64,000 bases of DNA from Mobula birostris (lineage: Eukaryota): assembly GCF_030028105.1 (NCBI RefSeq), contig NC_092377.1:16178782-16242781 (forward strand), read 5' to 3'. Below are positions 49,930 through 61,251 of the stretch, in pieces. Within the stretch, counting starts at the first letter, position 1. Each line of letters begins with the position of its first letter. Made by a program: the position numbers and the translations under genes. Under the pieces are notes generated by a model. That model was given only the letters and a program-made list of their open reading frames with translations. It was not told the origin of the DNA and did no database searches.

Positions 49930-50080
49930 AATCCCCCAATTTAATTCTAGCCTAATTATGGGGCAGTTTACAATGACCAATTAACCTACTAACCCCTTTG
50001 TCTTTTGGACTGTGGGAGGAAACCGGAGCACCCGGAGGAAACCCATGCAGTCATGGGGAGAACGTACAAACTCCTTACAG
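49930..50080 (-). mobile_element. V-SINE fragment
   Basis: ttggactgtgggaggaaaccggagcacccggaggaaacccatgcagtcatggggagaacgtacaaactcc. Confidence 0.85.
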
Positions 50081-51384
50081 GCCCACAGTAGTGTAGCGAT
50101 TGGCACAAATTAAAGTCTCCTTTAAAAATACTGCCATGTGGATCATCGCATCATAACAAATATTTCAAAAGAGTCACAATTTGTAATGAATGGATTACAG
50201 TTTTGGAACTAGTGTGGATTATTCCTTTACTGAGCCTATTTTTCTTCCTGTATGAAATGTTCTGTTACCCTCACCTCCGCTTCCAGCAGGATAAAGCAAG
50301 ATGGCCTAGGCTTTAGGCTTTAGACTTCCACCTTGTGCATGGACAGCAAAAGGTGCAAGTCAAGCACAACAAACCAAAAGATGTCAGCGATCCAACTGGC
50401 AGAATGCCTGGGAGAATGTAAAATAAAACATAGTTCACGAGATTGCGTTAAGTGAAACTGACTGACAGGCAGCTTAATTGTAATGTTTATAGTTAACAGT
50501 TGACTAAATCTGGCGATTCTTCTCCAGTCCTACGGAGAAATTAAACTCAACTAATCCAACTCCACCGCAAAGGAACTGCCGGTTTGGTTTTAGCCTGGCC
50601 ACGTTACACTGGCCCATGTGAGTGAAATGTGTTTCCCAGGTTACAGCAGAGATTACATCTCATCCCTACTTCATCAACTTAAGTATACTTCAGAATGCTT
50701 TGGGAGTTACCCAAGGTGCTATCTAAATGCTTTGCTTCACTACCGACTGTGACCAGAGTAACCACCAACGCTTCTCTCAGCTCAGCCATTCCTCCTCATT
50801 TATTATTTAGACTTTGCGAAACGAAAATTTACAGAAGATAGAATTTTGGAAGTGTTTGTTGTTCCCAGTAAATTTGGAGATTAAAATATGCAATATTGAT
50901 TAAGTGCAAAAGAGTGTAATATTCAAAATTTTTTAACAGGAAATAAGATTGCACTCAAACGCCTTGTCCCTTAATGGTACTCCGTCATTCAGTAATGTCA
51001 CGTTGAATCCTCAACCTGCTCGATTTTCATAAACCTCGATTCAGTGTCCAAACAGCTATCAATCTCAGCCTTGAACAACTGGGTATCCACAGCACTCAAC
51101 TGCGTTCCAATCTTGGATTTCTGCAGCAAAGGGATTAAAAGACGTGAGTTGCAATGACTGGGAAATGTTCAGAAGGCAGTTCCACTGTGCATCATATCAT
51201 CACCGTTCAATAAGGAGTGCGGATAAATAACTCAATTGTTTTATTTACGTTGGCCAAGATATTCACACAGTACTTTACAATATAGAAGATATTCGCTGAC
51301 AGAAATACTACATTGATTCTTACTTTTGTAAATGTGCATTTGATGGGTTATCATACTCCACACTTGAAAATGCTCAGATTTTTT

Positions 51385-51642
51385 AATTTATTAGAATACA
51401 GTGTGGAATAGGCCCTTTGAGTCCCGTCACCCAGCATCGTACCTATTTAAATCTAGTCTAATCAGGGGACAATTTACAATCACCAATTAACCTATCAACT
51501 GTTAGATCTATCGACAATGGGATGAACCTGAACCCACCTGAAAGTCACGGGGGAACACGCACAAACTCCTTACAAGCAGCGACGGGAATTGAACCCGGGT
51601 CGCTGGTGTTGTAAAGCGTTTTGCTAACCACTACGCCACCAT
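51385..51642 (-). mobile_element. V-SINE with tRNA head
   Basis: Minus gtggcgtagtggttagc (A-box) and gggttcaattcc (B-box), followed by the V-domain. Confidence 0.85.
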
Positions 51643-54429
51643 ACCATCCCATTTTTGTTTGTAGGTGACCATTTGAACTTGAACTGCTAGGTGATAGAAA
51701 GCAATCTTGTGCAATAGTACATTTTAATTAAATCACATAGAATTTGCCAAGTGTAATACGATTTTTTAAAAAAATGTATCTGTGTGCTGGTAAGGCAGCC
51801 TTGAAAGTGTTATGCCTGTATTTCATTGTGAAAATTTCAACACAAAACTTATCTTATTTGCATAACATGGTCATACCGAAAGTTTAGTGTTGCTTTTATA
51901 CTAACCTCACTAATTCCTTTCTGCCAACACCACAAAGGACAGGAAAATAAACTTCAAAATACAAAAATACTTCCAAGTCAAATCTAGGTTATTGAGAAAA
52001 CAAGAAATCAGAAGGTAAATACTTGACTTGTCATCAAATTCATCCCATCCTCAGAGGATTAAACTTTCATCTATTTACCTGTTATGATAGTGGGTTTTTT
52101 TCCCGACCTTACACTTTTGCACCTCCATTAAGGTTTCTATCGAGTACCAAACTGTTGACATTTACTGCATGGGGAGTCACTATAAATACACCTTTCAAGA
52201 AGCACAGAATCTTGCATACAGTGCAGAGTATGAATCATGTCACCCACTCAGATTGATAATAAGAACTAGGCTTATTTCTCCCTCCTATCTCAAGCACCCA
52301 AATAAAGACGGCTTCAACATCCCCATAAATTGAGGGTATAGTACAAGTCGTTCACAGTTTTAGTCAGACCCACCAAACAATATCACTTGAGGTCAATTTT
52401 TAAATGATTGTATTTCCAGAAAGCAGAACCAGCCCAGCTCCAAAATACATTCTCAGCAGTTGAAGGAGGCACTGACCTTAATGCTCTTGCTTTCATTTCC
52501 GAAATTATTTTATGTACAATTCATTTTCCCTTTTTGTTTATTAAGAAAATACAAAAGCCCTTTGCATAATCATATACCACCCACAATGTTTAAGAGCTTC
52601 CATTTGCATTTTTGTTGCAAACTGCAATCCAGAAGTGACAGTCGGTATTTACATAATGTTCTACAGTGTTTTAATTACAATAAATTGCAAATATTCAGTA
52701 GGAAAATATAAAAAAGTAACATTAATTTCTTTAACATTCCTGTTAACATCTGCAAACAACCCATCAGCTTTCAAAACTTCAAATGCTAATGTATTCCTAT
52801 TAAAACTGAACGCCATTCATCAACCACTTTAAATCGGCCGTGCATCTGAATTGTGCAAAAATGAATGAAATCTGGCAACTGGTAGAAAAATAAAACTTCC
52901 ATAATTTAAAAACTAAAATTCCTAGTACTTGAAGCACTGAATGTATGTAGCATTGTTCTATTATAACAATTGTTTTTTTCTGTCATTTTTGAGACCTAGG
53001 CACTTTTAATATAAAATGTCTGTTTCTTTCCCATACCGTGGTGTAACAGGATTACACATTACGACTTCATTCTGCTTGCAGAATGAATATTCATGATAAT
53101 TTTCTCTAGCTTGCTTTGACTTGTTGTTTCTTTTAGTTGGGAAGATTTGCCGTTGAGAGGTGCCTTCAGAAAATATGATTTCAACTCCTGTATTTTTTTA
53201 GAAACAGGAAAAGGAGGGGGGAGAAAGTTTGTTGTGGAATTGCAGATACAAATTCAAACTGGTCAAGTGCAGAGCTCTAACATGTTGTGCCCAGTACCCT
53301 TCGGCACAGCCAAATGTTTAACCAGCTGCCCTTTTGGCCTGTTTCCCCCCCCCCCTTTTCCAACAAAGGACAGATACAAATGAGTGACCTACAAATTTAC
53401 AAGGGAGGGAAAAAAACTGCACCATGGTTTCAGGGCATAGCACATGAATAGAACAGATGTTTGAACAGCTTTACTTTAAATATCAAGCTATTTTGATTGT
53501 TTTGAACAGTCCAATGTTGGAGGTGTTTTTAATAATATCTTTATCATTTTGCCCACCCAGAAAATACCCAATCAGGACAATCATTAACATTCTAGTAGCT
53601 AGATACTTTTAAAATATCAAGATAATTCATTTATCATCTGTCATTTTTTTTGCTGATCTGAGATGACCAAACACTGGACAAATAAAAGCCTACATGCAAT
53701 CCGTCAAAAATTACAAAACAGAGGCAGCGGGTTCATTTCTCTCCAGTGTTATCCTTAAAGTATTTAATGACTTGTTCACAGACAGGTTTTGTTGTAATCT
53801 ACCAATTATTCCTCATAATTCTCCTGATCCTTTACTGATTTCAGTTCTGTTGTCGTAGCATAGATCTGTAAGAACTAGGGAGGGATCTTGACAATGCTCA
53901 TCTTACGCGCTGTGAAATACTTCATAAAGACGTTCTACAACCGTGAGTTGTCGCTGCAGATTTTGGTTTCATCCAAGTAGAGTAATGCAGGATTCCTGGA
54001 GCTTTCAGTGAAACTCTTTCATCCCGTAAAAGCCGAAATATAATGTATTTAATTTAGACTCACTAAACTAAAGCATCTTGTAGAAATAAACTTATTCACA
54101 TCATTTTAGTTTAGGAAAAAATACAATTAAATGACAGGTATTTTCATATAGGATGCAATTTTTAAACAGGTTATTGCTATTTTGTAAAGAGCCATTAATG
54201 TTCTAAATAAGGTAATTGCGATTTATTCCTTTACCTACAAACACGTTTGTAAATAAAGATAAATTTCTGTGGAAGATGCGTGTTTTAGCATCTCAGGATT
54301 GTTCAGCTTACGTGCGCCTACAGAAATAAAGGGGAAGGAAACCCCTCATGTGCATCAGGAGTTTAAAATCTCATGTACTCGGAAGTCTAGAGTTGATTTT
54401 ATGTTACATTGGAAATGAATAAAATTCCA

Positions 54430-54476
54430 TCAAAAGAAAGACAACTAAGCAGCCTTTTCAATTTACATAATTTATT
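54430..54476 (-). terminator. Polyadenylation signal AATAAA with downstream GU/U-rich element
   Basis: Minus-strand AATAAA at 54476-54471, followed ~20-45 nt later by gcttagttgtctttcttttgat; UGUA about 45 nt upstream. Confidence 0.65.
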
Positions 54477-56349
54477 GCAGTTAGCACACAATTTAAAAAT
54501 TCCACCAACGGCACATCAAGGTACAAAACTAAACAGCATTATAATTTACTCCCCCCCCCTTTGTTCTGAAAATTAAAAACAGACTATGATTGTCAAGGCT
54601 AACGTCAGTCTAAATCCAGGTAAAAAGGTAGAATGTCACAGGCTTGGGGGATTGTGGTTGAGGGGGTAAAAAAAAGAGGGAGGGAGGGAAATAACAAAAA
54701 TAAAACTAGTAAAGGGTCACCTGTAAGGTAAAAATAACTGAGAGTCATACTCACAAATACCACAAAGAAAACCAAGGTGGGAACCAAGGAAGCTGTTTCA
54801 TTTTAAAGACACTGATTGTCTTACCTAAACAATTTTTTAAAATCTACAGTTCAACATACTTTTGTCAGACATTTAAACTCTTCAAGTAACTAGCATAATT
54901 ACAGAATCTTAGAGGCCATTTCACAGCTTTTTAAACAATGTCAAGAGCCAAAAGAAAAAAACTCATTTGACCCGCTTTTTAAAAAAAAAATCCAGCAATA
55001 CACAATCTAGTTTTTCCATTAATAATCATATTGCCTTTGTGCACAAAAATAAGCTATGTTTACAGTAGTTAAGGCAATCAAGTAAAAAAAATAAAAGCCA
55101 CGGAAAGAAAGGGGGAAAACAGCCACGTTTCCGTGCTACTCCCAGAGACCTTATTGCGAGTGCAAGACAGGAAAACAAACACTGTGCAAAACACTTGCCA
55201 TATGTGTTGTTCATTAAAACCACACACATACCAAGCAGCCACTTCAGCTGCTTGGTTACACACTATATAATGAACCCCTTCTTCAAAACCGGGTTCACAG
55301 ATCCTTCTTGCCCACCCCCACCCACCCCCAAACTTCATGGCCAACGTAATCAATCGATTTCTATCAACCAGCAATTCCGATCACATGAAAGCAGGGAACT
55401 TCCACTGGAATTTGTGCTGCACCACTATCTAATATTGAGAGCACAGGCGACTGGGAAAGATGTTTCACACATTGAAACTGCATAGCAGTGCACTTTTTTC
55501 CAAAAGAAAAATTAAATTGCTGTGCAACACCAGTGGCATTTTTTTCACGGTGCTACTGCACTTGACAAAAATGCATCCCGGGAAAGGAAAACGTCTCACT
55601 AATTAAATAAAAACTTAAGTTACACACTTTGCCAAGTTTGTAGAATTGCAAAAAAAAAACCCAAAACATCTGATAAAACTCATGCATTTTCTATAGCCTC
55701 AATATTTACTTTCATAATACCTGACTAAGAGCGTGAAAACAATCCATCAGGTTTGTTAAATCCATTCAATGCAGTAAGACGTACAGTAATATAATTCACA
55801 TTTTCAAACATAATTTTTAATTTGCCTGAAAAACCCCATACATTTAGAATCTAAATTACATCAAGTTTCTGGTTAACAGGGTAAAGAACCATTCATTTGC
55901 AAATTCACCTTCCCAGGCATACGGAAATGAACTTCATCATTATTTTGTTTACAGCATTGTACAAAAAAAAAGTTTTAAATATCCAGAAATTGTGCAACAT
56001 TAAAATATTAACAAGTTTCAATGAAGACCTTAAAGAATTAGTGGTTCATTGTTAAAAATTTCAACAACAAAACCTCATGAGCTATACAGCAGCATCCTTT
56101 GCTGTGCACTCCACAACTGCAGGGTGCATTTAAAAAGAAAATAAGAACATTTATTAAATAAGTGTCGAGTTTAATAGTTAATTATTATTTACCTTATGTT
56201 GCATTATGAATCACAGAATCTCACTTTTGTAGACTGTGTTGTGATAAACAGTATTTATAGTTATTACTTTGTTGAGAGAACTCAGTGCCCAAAAAGCTGT
56301 AGAAGAGATTACCAGAAACTTGATTTTTAGAATGTTCCACAGCTAGGTT
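54455..56349 (-). other. ZBTB18: ZBTB18 3'UTR (~1.9 kb)
   Basis: AT-rich sequence with no recognisable repeats between the stop codon and a canonical poly(A) signal; contains many miRNA seed matches. Confidence 0.7.
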
Positions 56350-57941
56350 TTATTTCCAGAGTTCTTGTGAGCTGTCTTCTATGGTCCAGTCTCGCATTGC
56401 AGGCAAGTTAAGAGACTCTGTTTTAACAGAGAGAGTGTTTATCAGCTCACAGTGAAATTTTCTGATGTGTCTATACAGGTCACCCGACTGCGTGAACCTG
56501 CGCTCACACCACTTACACGCGTGTGGCTTCTCCCGGGTGTGAACCACCGCGTGCCGGCTCAAATTATGTGAATACTGGAAGCTCTTCCCACACTGGCTGC
56601 AGGTGTACGGCTTTTCCCCTGAATGAGTTCGCTCGTGCCGTTTCAAGGTGTACATACACGAGAAAGTCTTGCCGCACAGCGAGCAGGTGGGGACGTTGAC
56701 GTCGGTGGTCGGCTTGCTCCGGAGGCCGTCCTGCTCTCGAAAGTGCGTGCTCAGGTGGATCTGCAGGATGTGCGGGCTGGGGAAGACTTTGTTGCACAGG
56801 GGGCACATGAAGATTTGGCCGGCAGAGCCAAGTATGTTGGAGCAGTAAGGCAGCAAACTGCTGTCCATGTTTCCTTCCATCTGGGCTCCGTCGTTCTCGG
56901 GGGTTATCATCTCGTCGTCGCTGGCTCGATCCTCTCGGTCCATCTCGCTCGAAACGGAGGCTTCTCTTCTGGCAGACACATGGAGTGAGTCGTAATGAAC
57001 CCTGTTCATTGAGTTTCCGCTGTCCTTCACCGTGCTACTTTGATCCATATCAAAGTCATTGGTGCTACTGCCTTCACCGTCAGAAAACACTTCCTTCTCT
57101 ACTTTAACCTGGATCAGGTTGTTTCTGGGGCCGTCTTCATGCGGCGAGACATAAGGGTGGCTGGCATTTTCTCCTGCTGGCAGCCCAGACTTGACAGACA
57201 AATCCAGCACACAGTCAACATCTGCTGAATCCTTAATGGAGCTGACAGACCTCTGGGACAAAGGCCCTGTTGAGCTGCAGGGACTGGACACTGTTTTCCC
57301 AGCTGTTATCGCCTGTGTTTCAACCTCCGCGCCAGGCTGAGTGATGCCTGCTGAGTCAGAGGGTAATCTCATCCACATGCTCCCAGATTCAATGACCAAG
57401 TCCCTTTTGCTTGACACGGTGGCCCCCAGCTTCTCCTCCTCGGTTTCGTCCTCCTCGCTGGCCAGCTCCCCCACGGCATGGGCGCTGCTCACCGAGGAGA
57501 TCTCCCCCTTGTCAGAGCAGCTGGAGGCATCTTCTTCCTTCTTGGTGCTGTCCGCTTCTGCAGTGGATTTTTCCTTCAGTTTCTTTTTGCAGACTTTCAC
57601 TATGTCGTACATGTGAAGGTAACTCGCAGCTGCCAGTACGTCCTCAATAGGCAAGTCTTTGAAGTGGAGTTTCCCCTCATACATGAATTCAAGGAGGAGA
57701 GCGAAGGCTGGGGCTGTAACAATGTCGCTGTTCAGATGAACAATGTCTCTTTTGTCCAGCTGGTCCTTGTAAAAGAGATGGAAGTACATACTGCACGAAG
57801 CCAGCACAGCGCGGTGGGCTCGAAACTGGGCATCCCCAACCAAGACATTGCAATCACAAAGAAAACCTTGATGCCTCTGCTCACTCAGACATTGGAGCAA
57901 ATGTCTGCTGTGGTCGGGAAACTCCATACTGTCTTCATAAC
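56350..57941 (-). CDS. ZBTB18: Zinc finger and BTB domain-containing protein 18 (RP58/ZNF238), main coding exon; first in-exon Met at 57927 gives 525 aa
   Basis: Translation [31 protein letters not shown]... gives a BTB domain, a VLDLS CtBP-type motif, four C2H2 fingers (CPLC..HLSTH, CSLC..HERTH, CSQC..HAVVH, CKWC..HIRKFH) and the C-terminus [13 protein letters not shown], matching vertebrate ZBTB18 as I recall it. The splice acceptor (polypyrimidine...ctgctacAG|GTTATGAAG) puts the exon start at 57941, so the ORF-track start at 57990 is intronic. Confidence 0.97.
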
Positions 57942-58558
57942 CTGTAGCAGATTTAAAAAAAAGTTTGTTAACATTTAGAAGAAACAGCACAACTAATGCA
58001 AAATGCTACCCCCTCCCCCTCCAAGTCCCCTGAAATCTACAACTAAAAGATAAATAAAAAGAAAATAAACTTTAGCCACAACGAATTATTTTGTTGCTAC
58101 CCTTGGCAGGGCATGGGAGAGGGAAAAGCACGTAAACTGCCACAAGACTCAATCACATTAACTGTACTATGTCCGAATCTCTAATCCTTAAAATGGCTAA
58201 AAATAAAGATTACATGATAGTCAGTAAGGTACTGTTGATCAAATTAGATGCCTAAAAGGACAGAGACAGGACGAAAACGAAGCTTATAAACATCTGATAC
58301 AGATGACTATGGCCATATGGCAGCTGCTGCCCAGATAAAGAGATTAAAGAATGGAGTGCGATTACAGCTGTCTGGGCAATTCCACACGTCGCAATCTGCG
58401 ATTCCCAAATTAGTCACTATTACCGCAAACTCCAAAGGGGGGGAACTAGCCTGCACTAACAGCAATAATCTGTCAAGTCAAAATAATATAAACACAAATA
58501 CTATCGTACTAAACCTCCAGCAGTATTTGTAAAAGCAAAAAATAAAAATCCCCCCTAC

Positions 58559-58793
58559 CTGCAAAAGGAATATAAACAGATCAACTTCTCTTGATCAGTC
58601 CCCAAAAGAACACCTTCAATGGTGCGCTAAATCTTTGTGACTCTGGTCTGTCAAGTTTAAAAAAGCAGACTGAAGAGGAATGATACCGGCACACGGAGCA
58701 AGATCACACAAAAAAACCTAGCAATGCCAGACTGTCAGCTGCTCTGACATCACTTCAAATGGAAACGCTACCTCCAGCTGTGCTGCTTTTTAA
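58559..58793 (-). promoter_or_regulatory. Candidate proximal TATA/Inr core promoter and non-coding first exon of ZBTB18
   Basis: Minus-strand TTAAAAAG (58793-58786) lies ~32 nt upstream of an Inr-like ccAttt (58760); a donor CAG|GTAGGG at 58559/58558 would give a 617-nt intron to the 57941 acceptor. Confidence 0.4.
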
Positions 58794-58999
58794 TGCCATA
58801 TGTTACTCGTGTCGTGTTTGCTACTGCTGCCACCAATCTCACGTTTGAATTCATTATCTGCTACAAAAGGGGGGGAAAATGCCCCCCTCCCGCCAATAAA
58901 ATAAAACCAAATAAAGTACAGCACCGTGTCTTCCCCCCTCGCACCCCTCCTTCCCCTTTTATTTTCTTTTGTTGCCAAAAATATCCACTTCACTTGAAA

Positions 59000-60480
59000 T
59001 GACACAAATAAACTGCGGCCGCAGAGCACTGTGGAAAAAAAACGCTACAGGGCGACCTGTTAAATGTGCCGCAGCAGTAGCAGTAGCAGCGATCCTCAGT
59101 GCATGGTGACGGCAGTGAAACCACGACACCCAGAGAGAAAAGTCACAACGGACCGCGGCCGCGGCCGCCGCCGCCGCCTCGCCGGTCCGATGGGGCGACC
59201 CGGGCTCGGGCGCGGGCGCCAGCGCGTGAACGGTTACCAGCAACAACGCGTCGCAACAACTGAGAGGGGAAAGAGTAACATTTTGAAACAGTGTAACTCC
59301 GCGCCGCTCCTGGCAACGCTGCTCCTCCCTCCCCCTTTCTGCCCTCCTCCCCGTGGTAGACGGAGTAGTTGGAGAGGAATCCATGAGGATTTGATTCTCT
59401 GAGATACTCACAGGAAGCAAAAAAAAAACAGGAGATGGGGAGGAGGGGAGGGGGTGCACTTTTTCTGCCTGGAGAAAACAGCGAGTGCAAGTAGGTGGGA
59501 GGGAGTGGGGGAGGAAGAAACAACCAATGACTTTCAGGACTTCATGAGAGAGCTAGACACACACACAGGAGATAAGTGCGGCCAGATGTTGGAGAGAGCT
59601 GTTGCTATTCCGTGCTCTCCACCTACCTTGACGGAGGAAGTGTGAGTGACATCATATCTTCATTGAAGTCTTGGCCGACCACAAAAGACGCCGGGAATCG
59701 GCCAGCAACCTTCCGAAAAAGAAAGTCCGGGATCCCGCCGGCCAATCGGATGGCGCGGTGGGCGGGGCTTCCGCTCTCGGGGTAGGTTCGTTTCGGAGTA
59801 ACCGTGAGCCAGCAAAAGGGGGGTGGGGGGGTTGCGTGCCTCCGGCGGGGCGGGAGGGAGGCATCTCGGGAGTTGTAGTCCACGGCGCCCCAGGCAAGTT
59901 TGGATCCCTCGTCGCCAGATCCGAACTGTGCCGACAGTCCGCCTTCTGCCCAAGACAGCTCTGGGGCGACGAATGCCCAGGGGTAGGTTGTCCGGAGATG
60001 TGCAGAAGCGGAAGCTGAATCCGGAAAATTATCTTCCCACTTTAAGAAAATGGTCAAAACTTTTTACATCTCTATGTATATATAAAAGTTCAAATGCAGT
60101 TATGTGCAAACCGCCTCCGAACCTTAAGGGCTGCACATTTTGATAATACTGCAGAATATTAAAATCACTATAGAAACGGGAGGACATGACGAGGCAGACT
60201 CACGCTTGCTGATGTTGTAAGCCGGTCATCCCGCTGTTGCAAACTTGACGCCCGCGTTCCTTTTGTCGAATAAAAAATCAGTTTTACGTTGGGCATAATT
60301 TTGCCCACATTATCGGTCTATTCCAGTTAAGCGCCTGCATGCGCTCCTCCAACGGGCGCTGCAAAGCTCCTTCAGGCTGGGAACGTGTCAGTGACTGCCG
60401 CCGATGCCGTTCCGATTAGTACTGTTAGCGGTCTGCAGGAAGCACGGCGAACTCTGGATGTTACCAGCCGACTTGATGTA
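59000..60480. promoter_or_regulatory. CpG island / ZBTB18 promoter and 5' exon region
   Basis: Sharp rise in CpG and GC content, GCGGCCGC sites near 59015 and 59155-59168, CCAAT (ggccaatcgg 59740-59749), GC boxes near 59760 and 59845; minus-strand donors AAG|GTAGGT (~59627) and AGC|GTGAGT (~60203). Confidence 0.8.
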
Positions 60481-61043
60481 AATAACAACAATATATATAT
60501 ATAAACTGTATGGTGCATCGTTCCTGCAATTGAGATATAAAAGCGAAATTAATGAAATTAAGACTACTAAATTGAAATAACTAGTTATTCCGGGCTGCTG
60601 CTTTCACAGAAGCCGCTGTCAATGTCATTGAAGATTGATAGGCAGTACAGAGAGAGGGCCCAATGACCAGCTTTTGTGTTTCCCTCTCAAAATAGTATTA
60701 ATACTATCATAGTATTAAAATAGTATTAATACTATCAAAATAGTATTCTGCCGGATGAGTCCAGCGGAGAAGCAACAAAACTTACTCAGCTTAGTCTTCA
60801 GGACAAATTGGTTTTTAACTTGTGATCCAGTCAACTCTTTGTGTTCAGGACCTGCTCTTGCTGTTTGCTTTAAGATGAGTAATTACAATGGTACTTGGTT
60901 TTGCACTGGCAGCTTGGAATACAGCAATCACTTTTACTTTCAGTTCCCATTTGATGCTTCCATTTGAATACTTCCATTCTTCAGGCAGCTAACAGAAATG
61001 TCATGCAATATTGTTTTTGTGGAAGAGTGAATGGTGATTTTTG

Positions 61044-61251
61044 CGACACACACTCAAAATGCTGGAGGAACTCAGTAGGTGAGGCAGCATCTATGGAGAG
61101 GGAAAAAGAGTCAACGTTTCAGGCCGAGACCTTGCATTAGGACCAGCCGAAGGGTCTCGGGCCGAAACTTCGGCTGCCTGACCTGCTGAGTTCCTCCAGC
61201 ATCTTATGTGTGTTACTCTGGATTTCCAGCATCTGCAGAATATCTTGTGTT
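61044..61251. mobile_element. Short fold-back Penelope-derived element
   Basis: tgctggaggaactcag.agg..aggcagc ... gctgcctgacctgctgagttcctccagca; two opposed degenerate hammerhead cores in the centre. Confidence 0.85.

Noticed and set aside
56564-57978. Antisense and alternative-frame ORFs over ZBTB18 (e.g. 57478-57978 +, 56564-56806 -)
   Set aside because: Expected shadows of a GC-rich coding exon; no recognisable domains.
57942-57990. N-terminal extension [16 protein letters not shown] of the 546-aa ORF
   Set aside because: Non-ATG start reading through the polypyrimidine tract and AG acceptor; intronic.
58959-60143. Multiple 100-166-aa ORFs in the CpG island
   Set aside because: Low-complexity Ala/Arg/Gly/Pro frames typical of stop-poor GC-rich DNA.
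60790-60812. Homologue of the human MCPK first coding exon (minus atttgtcctgaag)
   Set aside because: No ATG and no GT donor at the expected position.
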